Source of the DNA: an uncultured Phycisphaerales bacterium
GTDB taxonomy: Bacteria > Planctomycetota > Phycisphaerae > Tepidisphaerales > Tepidisphaeraceae
Length of the DNA stretch: 64,000 bases
Direction: 5' to 3'
Assembly (NCBI GenBank): GCA_963844715.1
Contig: CAWJPJ010000006.1
Coordinates: 928,001-992,000 of the forward strand
The notes beneath the pieces are model-generated. The model made no database searches. It saw nothing but the letters and a program-made list of their open reading frames with translations, and had not been told where the DNA came from. The position numbers were made by a program, and so were the translations under genes. Of this stretch, positions 29,235-40,436 are shown in pieces. Position 1 is the first letter of the stretch, and each line of letters opens with the position of its first letter.

Positions 29235-30395
29235 ATGAGCGACACTGCGTACCGAGATTCTCCGCCACCGGCCCAAGCCGATTCGCCCCGCGTTCTGGCA
29301 ATCCACCCGGTTCTGGAAGGGACCGCTTTCAATCCCCAGGCCGGGGGCAAGGACCTGGGCGCGGGGGAATGCACCGACGTTCTGCTCGAAATGGGCTGCC
29401 GCGTTAGCGTCTGGCCGCTTTCCTGGGGCGGACTGGCCGCCACGGAAAAGATCCTCTCGCGCCACCACGAAGTGATCTGGGGCAGCCACGGCCGCATCAA
29501 GCTCGTCCCAACCTGCGCCCCCGGCAGCCCGATGCGCGAGCCGAAGGACCTCGTCGACGATGTTCTGCGCGAACACCGCCCCCAGTTGCTGCACGTTCAT
29601 CAAACCCAAAACCCGCTCGTCGAACAGATCAAACAAAAGTCGCCCCAAACGCGAACCCTGCTCAGCAATCATTCCGGCGTCGTCAGCTCGCACATCGACA
29701 AATACGATCAGGTCGTCGTTCCCAGCCGATGGATGCGCGAACAGATCGTCGCTTCCCGGCCGGAGTTGGCCGATCGCGTGCGGACCATCCCCTATTTCCT
29801 GCAGCCCGAATATGAATGCGACCCGCCGCAGGAACCGGCGCGATCCGGAATCGTCTTCATCGGCCTGCTTACGGACCACCGCAAAGGCCTAGACACACTC
29901 CTCGATGCGTTGGCTCTGTTGAAAGCCGACGGGCAGACCTATCCCCTGACGGTCGTCGGCGAAGGGGCGGCCTTGGGCCAATTTCAGGAACAGTCACAGC
30001 GTTTGAATCTCGAGGTGACATTTCTCCGCAGGCTCGACCGCGAACAAAACGCCGGGCTCATGCGGCGATCGGCGCTCTTCTGCATGCCCAGCCGAGTGGA
30101 GAACTTCCCCATCGTCTTTATCGAATCCCTCTCCTGCGGCACGCCGCTCATAGGCCATGCCCCCGCGGTCAGCGAACTATCGCAAATCCTGCAATGCGAA
30201 ATCGGCGCCCCCTTCGACGGACAGCGCGCCGACGTCCCGGAACTGGCGGAACTGATCAGCCAATGGATGCTCATCCGATGTACGCAATTTGCCGAACTGA
30301 GGGACGTAGTGAAAAAACGGGTGCGAGCCTCGTTTTCCCACGAGGCCTATCGCGCCGCCTATCGGGCTGTTTACCAGCAGTTGTTGGCAGCCTAG
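29235..30395 (+). CDS. GT4 glycosyltransferase
   Basis: FIGLL..RKG, MPSRVENFPIVFIESLSCGTP (EX7E). Confidence 0.88.
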   Translation: MSDTAYRDSPPPAQADSPRVLAIHPVLEGTAFNPQAGGKDLGAGECTDVLLEMGCRVSVWPLSWGGLAATEKILSRHHEVIWGSHGRIKLVPTCAPGSPMREPKDLVDDVLREHRPQLLHVHQTQNPLVEQIKQKSPQTRTLLSNHSGVVSSHIDKYDQVVVPSRWMREQIVASRPELADRVRTIPYFLQPEYECDPPQEPARSGIVFIGLLTDHRKGLDTLLDALALLKADGQTYPLTVVGEGAALGQFQEQSQRLNLEVTFLRRLDREQNAGLMRRSALFCMPSRVENFPIVFIESLSCGTPLIGHAPAVSELSQILQCEIGAPFDGQRADVPELAELISQWMLIRCTQFAELRDVVKKRVRASFSHEAYRAAYRAVYQQLLAA

Positions 30396-30405
30396 GAGTT
30401 TTATC

Positions 30406-31152
30406 ATGAAAAATGTCGTGATCGTGACGGCCAAGGGTGGTAACAGCCTCATCAAGAATAAAAACGTCGTTCCGATCCTCGGCGTGCCGGTCGTTCTCTA
30501 TCCCATCCGCGCCGCCAAACTTTCCTTCCGAACCGAGCGCATCTATGTCAGCACCGAAGATGCGCTGATCAAGAATCTCAGCCAGAAGGAGGGCGCGGAA
30601 ATCATCGATCGGCCGGCGGAATTGAGCCAGCCTGACAGCCTGCACAAGGACGTCATCCGCCACGCCGTCGAGCACATTCAACGTCTGCATGGCGCAGTCG
30701 ACAATGTCGTGGTTTTGCTCGGAAATACCGTCATGATCCTGCCTGCGATCATCGACCGAGCCTTTGCGATGCTCGAAAGCGGCGAAGCCGATTCCGTCGT
30801 CTCGGCCTGGAAGGCGCAGGACGATCACCCCTACCGCGCCCTGCGCATCAACGACGAAGGTTATGTCGAATCATATTTGAACGTGCAATGCGGCTCGAAC
30901 CGCAATTCGTATCCCACCGCATATTTTTACGACCAGGGCATCTGGGCCTTCAAGGCGCGTTGTGCCCTGGAGCAAAAAGGCCCGCCGCCGTGGGTGTGGT
31001 TGGGGAACAAATGCCGGCTGATCGAACGCCCCTGGGTCACCGGCCGCGATATCCATACCTGGATCGACGTCTCGGCCAGCGCCTGGTATCTAACTGCAAT
31101 CCAAGCCAACGATTTGAATGATTATCGGGAACCGTTGAAAGAAGCATCCTGA
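30406..31152 (+). CDS. Cytidylyltransferase (NeuA/CMP-nonulosonate synthetase-like)
   Basis: VTAKGGNSLIKNKNV...IYVSTED...IIDRPAELS. Confidence 0.8.
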   Translation: MKNVVIVTAKGGNSLIKNKNVVPILGVPVVLYPIRAAKLSFRTERIYVSTEDALIKNLSQKEGAEIIDRPAELSQPDSLHKDVIRHAVEHIQRLHGAVDNVVVLLGNTVMILPAIIDRAFAMLESGEADSVVSAWKAQDDHPYRALRINDEGYVESYLNVQCGSNRNSYPTAYFYDQGIWAFKARCALEQKGPPPWVWLGNKCRLIERPWVTGRDIHTWIDVSASAWYLTAIQANDLNDYREPLKEAS

Positions 31153-31200
31153 CCATGGCGCGCTCAGCGCCAATACAGCGGCAGATGAGTGGGAACGCGC

Positions 31201-32013
31201 ATGCCTGATCCCCCCCTACTACAGCAGAGCATTGCCAAGCTTCGGTACTACCTAAACCATGCTCACATTCCGACGCGCCCGGACGACATGGGGTTGTTGC
31301 GGCTGAAGAACCGCCATCGAGGGCGGCGTTGTTATGTCATCGGAACGGGGCCGAGTTTGCTTATGTCTGATTTGGATGCGCGTAGCGGGCGCGGGGAGAT
31401 CTGTCTGGCTTCGAACAATATTTTTTTGGCGTTTGAATCGACCAAATGGCGCCCGACCTACTACGCCGTTGAGGACACGGATTTGGCGATCAAGTCGTGC
31501 CATAAAATCAACGAGCTTGTGCATTGCCCGACGCTGGCTCCTCATTACCTGCTTCCGATTCTCGGGCGGGTCCGCAACCGGACTTTTTTCCGCCAGCTAA
31601 AGCGCGTGCAACCGCCGAAACATCCCGGGTTTTCCCGCAATCTGCTCCGAGGGATCAACTGCGGGGGCACGATCACCTATACCCTGCTGCAAATCGCCGC
31701 CTGGATGGGCATCACTGAGGCGTATTTGCTGGGCGTCGATTTTTCATATGATTTGCGGAAGCTCGCCCCGAGCCGTGAATATCCCGGGTTCAATACCTAC
31801 GTCTATCAGACGCAAGCCCGGCGCAATCACTTTGTGCAAGGTTATTTCCAGGACGGGCAAACGATCGTTGCGCCAGATATGGAATCGGCGCGGCTGGCGT
31901 ATCAATCGGCGCAGGTTGAATCTCACGAGAGAGGACAGATGAGGATCTACAATGCGACGCGGGGAGGACAGCTGGACGTTTTCGATCGCCTCGATTTCGA
32001 TTCCCTCTCTTAA
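31201..32013 (+). CDS. DUF115/MptE-like (Maf-type) putative nonulosonate transferase
   Basis: RCYVIGTGPSL, LASNNIF, AYLLGVDFSY, IYNATRGGQL. Confidence 0.78.
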   Translation: MPDPPLLQQSIAKLRYYLNHAHIPTRPDDMGLLRLKNRHRGRRCYVIGTGPSLLMSDLDARSGRGEICLASNNIFLAFESTKWRPTYYAVEDTDLAIKSCHKINELVHCPTLAPHYLLPILGRVRNRTFFRQLKRVQPPKHPGFSRNLLRGINCGGTITYTLLQIAAWMGITEAYLLGVDFSYDLRKLAPSREYPGFNTYVYQTQARRNHFVQGYFQDGQTIVAPDMESARLAYQSAQVESHERGQMRIYNATRGGQLDVFDRLDFDSLS

Positions 32014-32858
32014 GCGGCCGCGGACAGGAAGGACGACTGCGTCGCGCCGGCCTGACTTGGGGCGATCGCTTCATACTGCCGCAGAATGTCCGTCAAATCC
32101 AATTCAGGCCGCTGGGTGGAAAACGCATAGTGGGCGAAGAGAACCTCGCCGAATATGCAGTTGGGACGGTTCAGGGCTCTGGGCTTGGGGACGGTGAGCC
32201 AGTATTCTTCCGCCCGGTCCACCCGCCCCTCGAATTGCTTGAATTCGCGCCCCAACCATGAAATGCAGTTGATGCTGACCCGTTCAAAATCGTGCAAGAC
32301 CCATTTCGGAAAACGGAAGCGGTCGACGTTTCCGCATTTGAGTTGAGACAGGAACTGCGTGTGCACGTAATGCGCAAAGTCGGGGCGCTTCCAACCCAGT
32401 TCGGCCATGCACGAATAGTCGGTCCGGCCGAGGGCTTGGCCGACGGCGCCCTGGCTCTGGTGGATATACGACATGACGGCGTTGTTGACGACATTGCCGA
32501 TGACCAGAAAATATTGGGGATTCGCAATTCGAAATTGGATCAGCCGGTCGATCGCGGCGCGTTCAATGTAAACAATGTCGTCGTCGAGGCGGACATAGAC
32601 GGTGTTGTCATCCACACATTGACGAAAAAAAACATGAATCGAACAGACCCCGTCGAAGGGAATCGGTAAGGGGCGCGTTTCGATGAAATCATATTGCTCG
32701 GCCAACGATTGCATATATTCGAGGTCGCCAGCGTCCTGGGTGTTGAGCCACAAGATCCAACGGTCGAACTCGCCGGCGCTTTTCGCGCGAATCAGGTACC
32801 GGAGGAGGATTTCCAAGCACGATTTCCTGCCGCCGGGCGTCACGATCCACCGCTTCAT
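32010..32858 (-). CDS. Putative GT-A glycosyltransferase
   Basis: VTPGGRK...YVRLDDDIVYI (DxD); inverted within the glycan cluster. Confidence 0.6.
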   Translation of the reverse strand: MKRWIVTPGGRKSCLEILLRYLIRAKSAGEFDRWILWLNTQDAGDLEYMQSLAEQYDFIETRPLPIPFDGVCSIHVFFRQCVDDNTVYVRLDDDIVYIERAAIDRLIQFRIANPQYFLVIGNVVNNAVMSYIHQSQGAVGQALGRTDYSCMAELGWKRPDFAHYVHTQFLSQLKCGNVDRFRFPKWVLHDFERVSINCISWLGREFKQFEGRVDRAEEYWLTVPKPRALNRPNCIFGEVLFAHYAFSTQRPELDLTDILRQYEAIAPSQAGATQSSFLSAAA

Positions 32859-33119
32859 AGAAGGGTATATCGGCAGGCCCGGCGAATTTTGTGCGAGTCG
32901 GAGGGCGATGGAGCCCGCCGCAGCGCCCCTGCGGCATTAGCTGACGGAATGATCAATGGGGTACTCCGATCATTTTTGGTGTTTCTGGCACAAAGCCGCC
33001 GATAGTTTGAGGATACGCTGCGATTCCACCCGGCAATGCGGCGCCGCCTGGGCAGCGTATCTGGCCGCCAACGAACGCCGACGAACTGGACGAATGCCGC
33101 AAATCATGAGCAAAGCGCC

Positions 33120-33932
33120 ATGATCGTCAAACCCTACTTGCAAATGGGGATCGGCAAGCTCCGCTTCTACCTGAACCACGCGCAGATTCCGACCCGTCCG
33201 GACGACATGGCGTTAATTCGATTGAAGAACCGCCATCGGGGGCGGCGATGTTTTGTCATCGGGACCGGGCCGAGCCTGCGCATGGCCGATTTGGAGCGCC
33301 TCGCCGAGCGCGGCGAACTTTGCCTCGCGTCCAATAATATTTTTCGAGCCTTCGACGCGACGCGCTGGCGGCCAACCTACTACGCCGTAGAGGACAACGA
33401 CCTGGCGACGAAATCCCGCGAGCAGATTAACCAGCTTGTGCATTGCCCCACGTTCATCCCCAAAAACCTGCTGCCGATTCTCGGGCGCACGCGCAACCGG
33501 ACGTGCTTTCGCTTTTTGAAGCGCGTAGCGCCGCCGGGTCACCCACGATTTTCACGCAATTTGCTCCGCGGGATCAACTGCGGAGGCACGGTCACTTACA
33601 CGTTGCTCCAAGTCGCGGCTTGGATGGGTGCCGCGGAGGCATATCTGCTCGGCGTCGATTTCTCATACGATCTGGGGGAACTGACGCTCACCGGCGAAAA
33701 TCGCAAGTTTCATACCTACGTCTATGCGACGCGCACGCGTCGCAACCATTTTGTTGCGGATTATTTCAAGGACGGCCAAACGATCCCCGCGCCGGATTTG
33801 GAGTGTTCCCTTCTTGCTTATCAAACGGCGCAGGTTCAATGTCACGAGACCGGCCGGATGAAGATTTTTAATGCCACGCGCGGCGGACGCCTGGAGGTCT
33901 TCCAACGCGTTGATTTCGATTCATTGATCTAA
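33120..33932 (+). CDS. DUF115/MptE-like protein, close paralogue of 31201..32013
   Basis: Shares long near-identical blocks such as KLR(F/Y)YLNHA.IPTRPDDM and FSRNLLRGINCGGT. Confidence 0.78.
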   Translation: MIVKPYLQMGIGKLRFYLNHAQIPTRPDDMALIRLKNRHRGRRCFVIGTGPSLRMADLERLAERGELCLASNNIFRAFDATRWRPTYYAVEDNDLATKSREQINQLVHCPTFIPKNLLPILGRTRNRTCFRFLKRVAPPGHPRFSRNLLRGINCGGTVTYTLLQVAAWMGAAEAYLLGVDFSYDLGELTLTGENRKFHTYVYATRTRRNHFVADYFKDGQTIPAPDLECSLLAYQTAQVQCHETGRMKIFNATRGGRLEVFQRVDFDSLI

Positions 33933-33948
33933 GCATCCGCCCGCAACG

Positions 33949-34930
33949 ATGACCTCCCTTATTCCAAACATCGCCGTCGGAGCAACCGCCGGGATCGGCC
34001 GGCGCGGCCAGCGCCTCTCCATCATGATTCCGACGTTTAACTGCGCCGCGTATTTGCGCGCACGCTGGCCTCCCTGCTGGAACAAAACGACAATATCGCC
34101 GACGCCCAGATCGTCATTGTGGATGACGCGTCCACCCAGGACGATCCGCGCCAGGCCGCGGAGGACGTCTGGCCCGGCCGGACGGATGTCATTCGCCAAT
34201 CGCGAAACGTCGGGCTTGTCGCCAATTTCAACCATTGCCTCGAGATTGCCGAACGTCCATGGGTACATATTCTTCACGGCGATGACGTGGCGCTTCCCAG
34301 AGCGTACGAGGAATTCGACCGCGTCACGTCTCTCTATCCGCACGCGCCCGCCATCTTCGGTCGCTCGGTCTTCATGGAAGCCCGGGGATTCTGGAAAGGG
34401 ACAACGCCGATTCTGGGCGACGACGAGCGCGGCATTTTGAATTACCGCCCGCTGGATTGGATCACCTGTCCGGTCCAGTGCGCCGGCGTTCTGGTTCGGC
34501 GTGACGAAATCCGAAAGCTCGGCGGCTTCGACCCTCATTTCACGCACGCCGCCGATTGGAATCTCTGGTGGCGCATTGCCAGAACCGGCCGCGCCGCCTT
34601 CACCAACCTGTGCGTCGGCGGTTACCGAATGTTCGAAGGCAATCACTCCTCCACCCTGCGCCGCAGCGGCGCCAATCTCGCGAGGGGATCGACCAGATCA
34701 ACCGCCTCAGTCCCGATTTGCCCGCCGATTCTTCGCCGCGAGAAATTTGGCGACCAATGGTCGAGCAAATCGCCCGACAATGCCGGAGTTTTGAAAATGA
34801 CCCGCAAGCGCTGGCCCAAAATCTGGCGCTGCTCGATTTGCTGCCCCCCGAGGCGATCTCCTGGCGCATTCGCTCCCAATTGCAACGACGATATTCGCGA
34901 TCGATAGGTTCAAGAAAGCACGCCGCATAA
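33949..34930 (+). CDS. GT2 glycosyltransferase, two frameshifts
   Basis: LSIMIPTFNCAAYL; VDDAST...ILHGDD...ADWNLW spread across three frames. Confidence 0.8.
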
Positions 34931-34935
34931 TTGCC

Positions 34936-35887
34936 ATGGCGCCGACGGTTTCCATCATCCTCTGCACACGAAACCGGGCGGCGAGATTGCGCACAACTTT
35001 AGAGACAATCGGGCGATGCCGGATTCCCGCCGATTTAGCCGCGGAATTGCTCATAGTCGACAACGGTTCGACAGACGAGACTCCCCAGGTTGTCCGCCAA
35101 TTCCATCTTCCCAACATGCCCGTGCGATATGTTTGTGAACCCACGCCCGGCCAGTCGCGCGCTCGTAACCGCGGCCTGGCGGAGGGGGACGGCAGCATCC
35201 TGCTCTTTACCGACGACGACGTGCGCGTTCCGCCCGATTGGATCGACGGAATGTGCCGGCCCATTCTCGAAGGCTCGGCCGATGCCATCGCCGGCGGTGT
35301 CCGTTTCCCGCCGGAATTGGATCGACAACTCCGCATGTGCAGAAGCTGGTTTGCCTCGACGGAGGATATCCTTCCGGATCGGCCGGATCGCTTCGTCGGC
35401 GCCAACATGGCTTTCAGCCGCGACGTCCTGGATCGAGTGGCCGCCTTCGAAGTCGAACTCGGCCCCGGCGCCCTCGGCTTCGGCGACGAAACCCTCTTCA
35501 GTTTCCAGCTTCGCCAGGCGGGGTATCGCCTCGTCACTCGCTTTGACGTGGCGGTTGAACACCATTTCGATCCGGCCCGATTGACCCGGTCAAAAATGCT
35601 CGAGGCGGCCCGCCAGATGGGCCGTTCCAAAGCCTACGTCGCCTACCACTGGCATCACGCCGATTTGCCCACTCGCATAAGTTTTCGAGCGCCGGAGCTG
35701 GTACGGATTTGGCTCGGCCGCCTGGCGCAATTCGGCCAAACCCCCCGCGCGGGAAATGAAGCGGATCGAATCAATCGAATTGCGCCGGCAATTCCTCCGC
35801 GAATCCCAACGGCCGCGTAATTATGCCAAACGCGGCCTCATCAAGCTCCACGGCGACCTGCCGACCATCCAACAATTGGTCCGATAA
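34936..35887 (+). CDS. GT2 glycosyltransferase (probable C-terminal frameshift)
   Basis: SIILCTRNRA, IVDNGSTD, FTDDD, GANMAF. Confidence 0.85.
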
Positions 35888-35959
35888 AAATTCACGTCAC
35901 GGGGACCGCACGCCCGATGATCTGCCACAAGGCCATGGACTGCGCCCAGGCTGCGTCGT

Positions 35960-38109
35960 TTGTCAGCCGCGAGGAGACGAGTTGAATCATGTCCAATCAC
36001 AACCGTCGTGGGTGCCTCTGGCGATGCTGTGCGCCAGGCTCGACAGCAACATCGGGGCCTTGCGCCGCGCGACCCAAAACTCGCCCAGGATTTGCAATCG
36101 CACCAGCCCCGCCAGACCTATTGCATCCAAACAGCGGGCGACAATCTCGTGGTCGGCGTGCAGACGGCAGATTCCGTCCGCCCCCTCCCGCAAACGCTTC
36201 CTCCGGCCAGGGCGCTCCAGATCACGGCTCAGATTTACCCCGAGGGCCGCTACAACCAAAGCCTTTTAATCGCCGACGAAGACCTCGGCTGGCTTTGCAA
36301 TCGCGTCTATCAACTTCCCAACGAATCGTATCAAACGCACAAATGGCCCCTCTATCTCGTCTTCCGCGACCTCGAGCGGTTCTGGATGATCCTGCATATC
36401 CATGATTGGCATGAGTTGGTGACCGACCTGCGCGTCCGCCTATTTGTCGGCGAAGACGCTCCCGATCGATTTCGCCGCAGCTTGACCGAAGATCTCTCCT
36501 CCCCTTGGCCGTCGAATTCCGTCGTGGCCGATCCGACGAACTGGCCCGAGGGCGAATCGGCTGCCGAGTTGCTTCGGGCCGCCGCTGAAGATCTGGATAA
36601 AAAACAGGCCCGGCTCAAGCAGCAATCGCGCGCGATCTTCGCCGATCGCACGCCGGGATCTTTCCTCGACAAAATCAAGACCAATCAGCCGCTGAAAGTC
36701 ATGGGCGTCTGCACCCGCCATTCGGTTTTCGTTCGCTACTCGATGCGCGACTGGCTCGAGGCGTTCGAGCGCCTCGGCCATCGCACGCACCTCGTCACGG
36801 AAACCGCCGATTATCAGATCGTCAGCGCAACCGCCGTTTCCCAGGCCCTGGTCGACTTTAAGCCCGACCTGGTCCTGATGATCAATCACTACCGCGCGGA
36901 AATGGGAGTCGTTCCGGATCAGGTGCCTTTCGTCATGTGGGCGCAGGATTGGTGTGACAACATCACCTGTTCGACCGCCGGCGCAGTGCAGGGGCCGATG
37001 GATTATGTCCTCGGGCACAACCCGATGCGAATGGCCCACGCCCACGGATATCCGATCAGTCGATACCTCCCGGCGGTGGTGGCCGTCAACGACGCGCGAT
37101 TTCAACCCCGCCCGCTGACTGCCGCCGAATTGACGGAATACGCCTGCGACGTCTCCTTTGTGAGCAACGCCGGCATTCCGGCGCGGACGCTCTTGGACCA
37201 GGAAATCCGCCGCATCGGCTCCCCCGAATTCGGCCGAGCTCTGAACTTGATCTTCGCCGAACTCGAATCGGTCTATCAAAACGGCGGCTCGATCACCCAA
37301 ATCGGCGGCATCACTCCGATGCTCGTTCGCCATTTGAAAGCGGCCGGGATTGGGCTTGCGCGTGAACAGTTTCGCGCCCTGGTCGATTTCTTCTCCCATT
37401 CGATCAACAGCGCGCTCTTCCGCCACCAGGCGCTGCAATGGGTCGCCGACCTCGGCGTCGATCTGCGCATTTACGGGCGCGGCTGGGATCGCCATCCGAC
37501 GCTTTCGCGCTTTGCCCGCGGCGTCGCCGACAATCTCAACCAACTGCCTCTGATCTATCAGGCGAGCAAAATCAATCTTCAGATCAGCCCGCATGGGGTG
37601 ATGCACCAGCGCGTCATGGAGAGCCTGGCCGCCGGCGGGTTTTTTCTTTTTCGCAGTTGCTCGGGCGACCAGGTCGGCCGGCATTTTAAAGCCGTTTTGG
37701 ATTGGTGCGCCGCCAATCAGATCACCGACGACGAAATGTTGCGCAGCGCGCCCCCCAACCGATTCAGGACCATCTTTCCGAGATCGCGCGCCTGCTGCAT
37801 CGCGATCCGTTCGACAAGCAAACCTTCGGCTTCGTGCCGTACCTGCAATTCCACGCTAAACACGGCTATCTCGAACTGGCCGACCTCCTCTGGGGAGACG
37901 ACGCCCAGGCGGTCAGCTTCGATTCAGCAAGCGAACTGGCCGCCAAAGTCCGATATTTTCTTCCGAATCCGGCCGAGCGATCCCGCGGAATCGAGTCGAT
38001 GCGCCGGCCTGTCATGGACCGATATACCTATCTGGCCACCGTCCGCAGGCTGCTGAATTTCATCGCCGCCGACCTGGCCGGGCAGTCCCAAGCGAAAACG
38101 GCGGCATGA
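35960..38109 (+). CDS. Large CgeB/DUF3880-like glycosyltransferase; start uncertain, frameshift near 37750
   Basis: CDVSFV, LRIYGRGW, YQASKINL...HQRVMESLAAGGF. Confidence 0.7.
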
Positions 38110-39335
38110 AAACCTCACTCCAATCGTTCGCCGACGACGACGCCCCCCTAGTGACTTTCGTCATCGCGACCCACAATCGCCGCGCCGTGTTGTTGCAAAC
38201 CCTCCAGCGCCTTCTCTCGACCTCAGACATAAGTCAGACAAGCGAATCAACAGCCATTCGGTCCGAGATCATTCTCGTCGACAACGCCTCGACGGACGGG
38301 ACCGCCGACGCCGTCGCCGCGCGATTCCCCGCCGTTCGCATTCTCCGCCAGGCGCGCAATCGCGGCGCCTCCGCCAAAAATGCCGGAATCCCCATCGCCT
38401 GCGGACAATTCATCGTCTTTCTCGACGACGACTCCTATCCCAAGCCCAACTCCACGCGGCGGATGGTTCAGTATTTTCGCGCCCATGCCGATCTCGGCGC
38501 CGTCGTCTTCGACGTCGTCCTCAAGGACGGCTCCCACGAGTGCTCCGCCTTTCCCACCGTCTTCATCGGATGCGGCGCCGGCTTCCGCCGCGAAGCACTC
38601 GATCAGGTCGGCGGACTCCCCGACGATTTTTTCTACCAGGCCGAGGAATATGACCTCTCCCTGCGATTGCTGGAAGCCGGCTGGGACATTCAGCGCCACG
38701 ATGACCTCCAGGTGCTGCATCTTAAAACCAAAACCGGACGCTGCCCCGCGCGCACCACGCGATTGGACGTGCGCAATAACTTCACGCTCATCACCCGCTA
38801 TTTCCCGCGGCGTTGGATTCTCCCCTTTGCCATCACCTGGATGCGCCGCTATCGCTGGATCGCCCAAACCAAAAGCTGGCGGCACCGCCCGGCGTTCTGG
38901 CTCGGGCTCGCCCAGGGCATCGGCCGCTCCCTTCGCCCGGGGCATCGAAGACCCGTCTCCGAAGCCGCTTTCGAGCGCTTTGCGATGATCCGCATGATCC
39001 ACGAGCGCATGAAACAACTCACCGGCGACGGCTGCCGATCCGTTCTCTTTATCGATGTAGGAAAAAATATTTTGCCCTTTTGGCTGGCCGCGCGAGCCTG
39101 CGACCTGCGCGTCGCCGCCATCGCGGACAACACGCTCGCCAAAAAACGCCGTCGCTTCCACGGCATTCCGATCGTCGACGACGCCAGCGCCGCCCGCCTT
39201 CAATTCGACGTCGCCATCATCGCAAACGTCTCGCCCGTTCATGTCGCCCAGCGGCTGGCGGAGATGCGCGGGCTCTTGGTTCAGCCGGTCGTTGATCTAC
39301 TGGAACCGCCGAAACCCATCGCGATGGTCGCCTGA
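38106..39335 (+). CDS. GT2 glycosyltransferase
   Basis: VIATHNR, VDNASTDGT, FLDDDS, EEYDL. Confidence 0.87.
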   Translation: MKTSLQSFADDDAPLVTFVIATHNRRAVLLQTLQRLLSTSDISQTSESTAIRSEIILVDNASTDGTADAVAARFPAVRILRQARNRGASAKNAGIPIACGQFIVFLDDDSYPKPNSTRRMVQYFRAHADLGAVVFDVVLKDGSHECSAFPTVFIGCGAGFRREALDQVGGLPDDFFYQAEEYDLSLRLLEAGWDIQRHDDLQVLHLKTKTGRCPARTTRLDVRNNFTLITRYFPRRWILPFAITWMRRYRWIAQTKSWRHRPAFWLGLAQGIGRSLRPGHRRPVSEAAFERFAMIRMIHERMKQLTGDGCRSVLFIDVGKNILPFWLAARACDLRVAAIADNTLAKKRRRFHGIPIVDDASAARLQFDVAIIANVSPVHVAQRLAEMRGLLVQPVVDLLEPPKPIAMVA

Positions 39336-39353
39336 ACCGCCGCGTGTCAGCTT

Positions 39354-39989
39354 ATGCAAACGTGCGATGCCCCCCAACCCGTTGAAGTCGCCGGGCTCAC
39401 GCTCTTCGGCCTGGGTCACACCGACGAATTGCTGATGCGCCTGCCGGTGCGAAAGCACATCGTGCCCGTTGCGCTTCACCGCCTCCCCGAGCCCGCGTGT
39501 TACGCCGAGTTTCGCTTTTTTCTGCGCCCCGTCCCGGTCACCACCGACTACGTCGGCTTCGTCTCCTGCCGCTGGTCAGAAAAATTCCCGGCCGCGACGC
39601 CGATCGATCAGCTCCATCAATTGCCCCTCTCGCCAAACTGCGTCTACGCCCCCTCCCCCACCGGCGGAATTGACTGGGTCGCGCACAGCAACCATGTCCA
39701 CCCCGGCCTGGCCGCCCTGATCCCCGAGCTAGCCGCCGCCATGGGCATCGCGCTCCTGCCCAAAGCTCCCACACTCTGGACCGGCAACTTCATTTGCCAC
39801 CGCCAAATATGGGAGTCCTACCAAACGGCATTCATCGCCGCCTCCCAATACGCCGCCCAAGGCTGGCGCACCGACCCGCCATTCAGCGTCGGCCGTTACG
39901 ATCCAACCCGCAAAGTCGCCTACCTCATGGAACGAGCCACAATGGCCTACTTCGCATCAAGGTCAGATTTGAAAATCGTGAAGATCTGA
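39354..39989 (+). CDS. Hypothetical protein, possibly glycan-related
   Basis: Co-oriented end of cluster; DYVGF...NFIC...AYLMER resembles DUF4422-like proteins. Confidence 0.5.
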   Translation: MQTCDAPQPVEVAGLTLFGLGHTDELLMRLPVRKHIVPVALHRLPEPACYAEFRFFLRPVPVTTDYVGFVSCRWSEKFPAATPIDQLHQLPLSPNCVYAPSPTGGIDWVAHSNHVHPGLAALIPELAAAMGIALLPKAPTLWTGNFICHRQIWESYQTAFIAASQYAAQGWRTDPPFSVGRYDPTRKVAYLMERATMAYFASRSDLKIVKI

Positions 39990-40013
39990 GCGAACCGCCA
40001 ACTGCCTGATTAC

Positions 40014-40056
40014 CCAAAATCGGAATGACAAGACACCCGTTGACCTTTCCTGCGTT
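40014..40056. repeat. att-like direct repeat B, copy 1 (degenerate tRNA-Pro 3' end)
   Basis: 38/43 identical to 43342-43384. Confidence 0.8.
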
Positions 40057-40436
40057 TTCTAAGCGGAAACAAGGTTCGATGCGCTCCCATTTGGAATTTG
40101 ACTTCAGGCGAAATAGGCGAGTTCGACATCCCGTCACTCCCTGCCCGTCCGGGCAGTTTGGCTGCGGCTTGTTCGGTAGGTTGCCCACGTAGAGCCGCGC
40201 TCAGTTCGGCCCCGCGCCGGCAGAACCTTCGGGCTCCAGTCCAGTCCCACCCGCTCGGGAAACTCGCCGCAAGCAGGCGGAGGGGTAAGGGAATCCGGGT
40301 TATCTGAGCCGCGGGCGCGACATCCGTCCACATACAACTCGGTCCGTTGTCCATGCGAAGATTGGTGGTATATTGTGCCTGAAATCGCTTGGTCCGCACA
40401 AGCGCAAAATCCAACCCCCTATCAGGCAAATCAATC

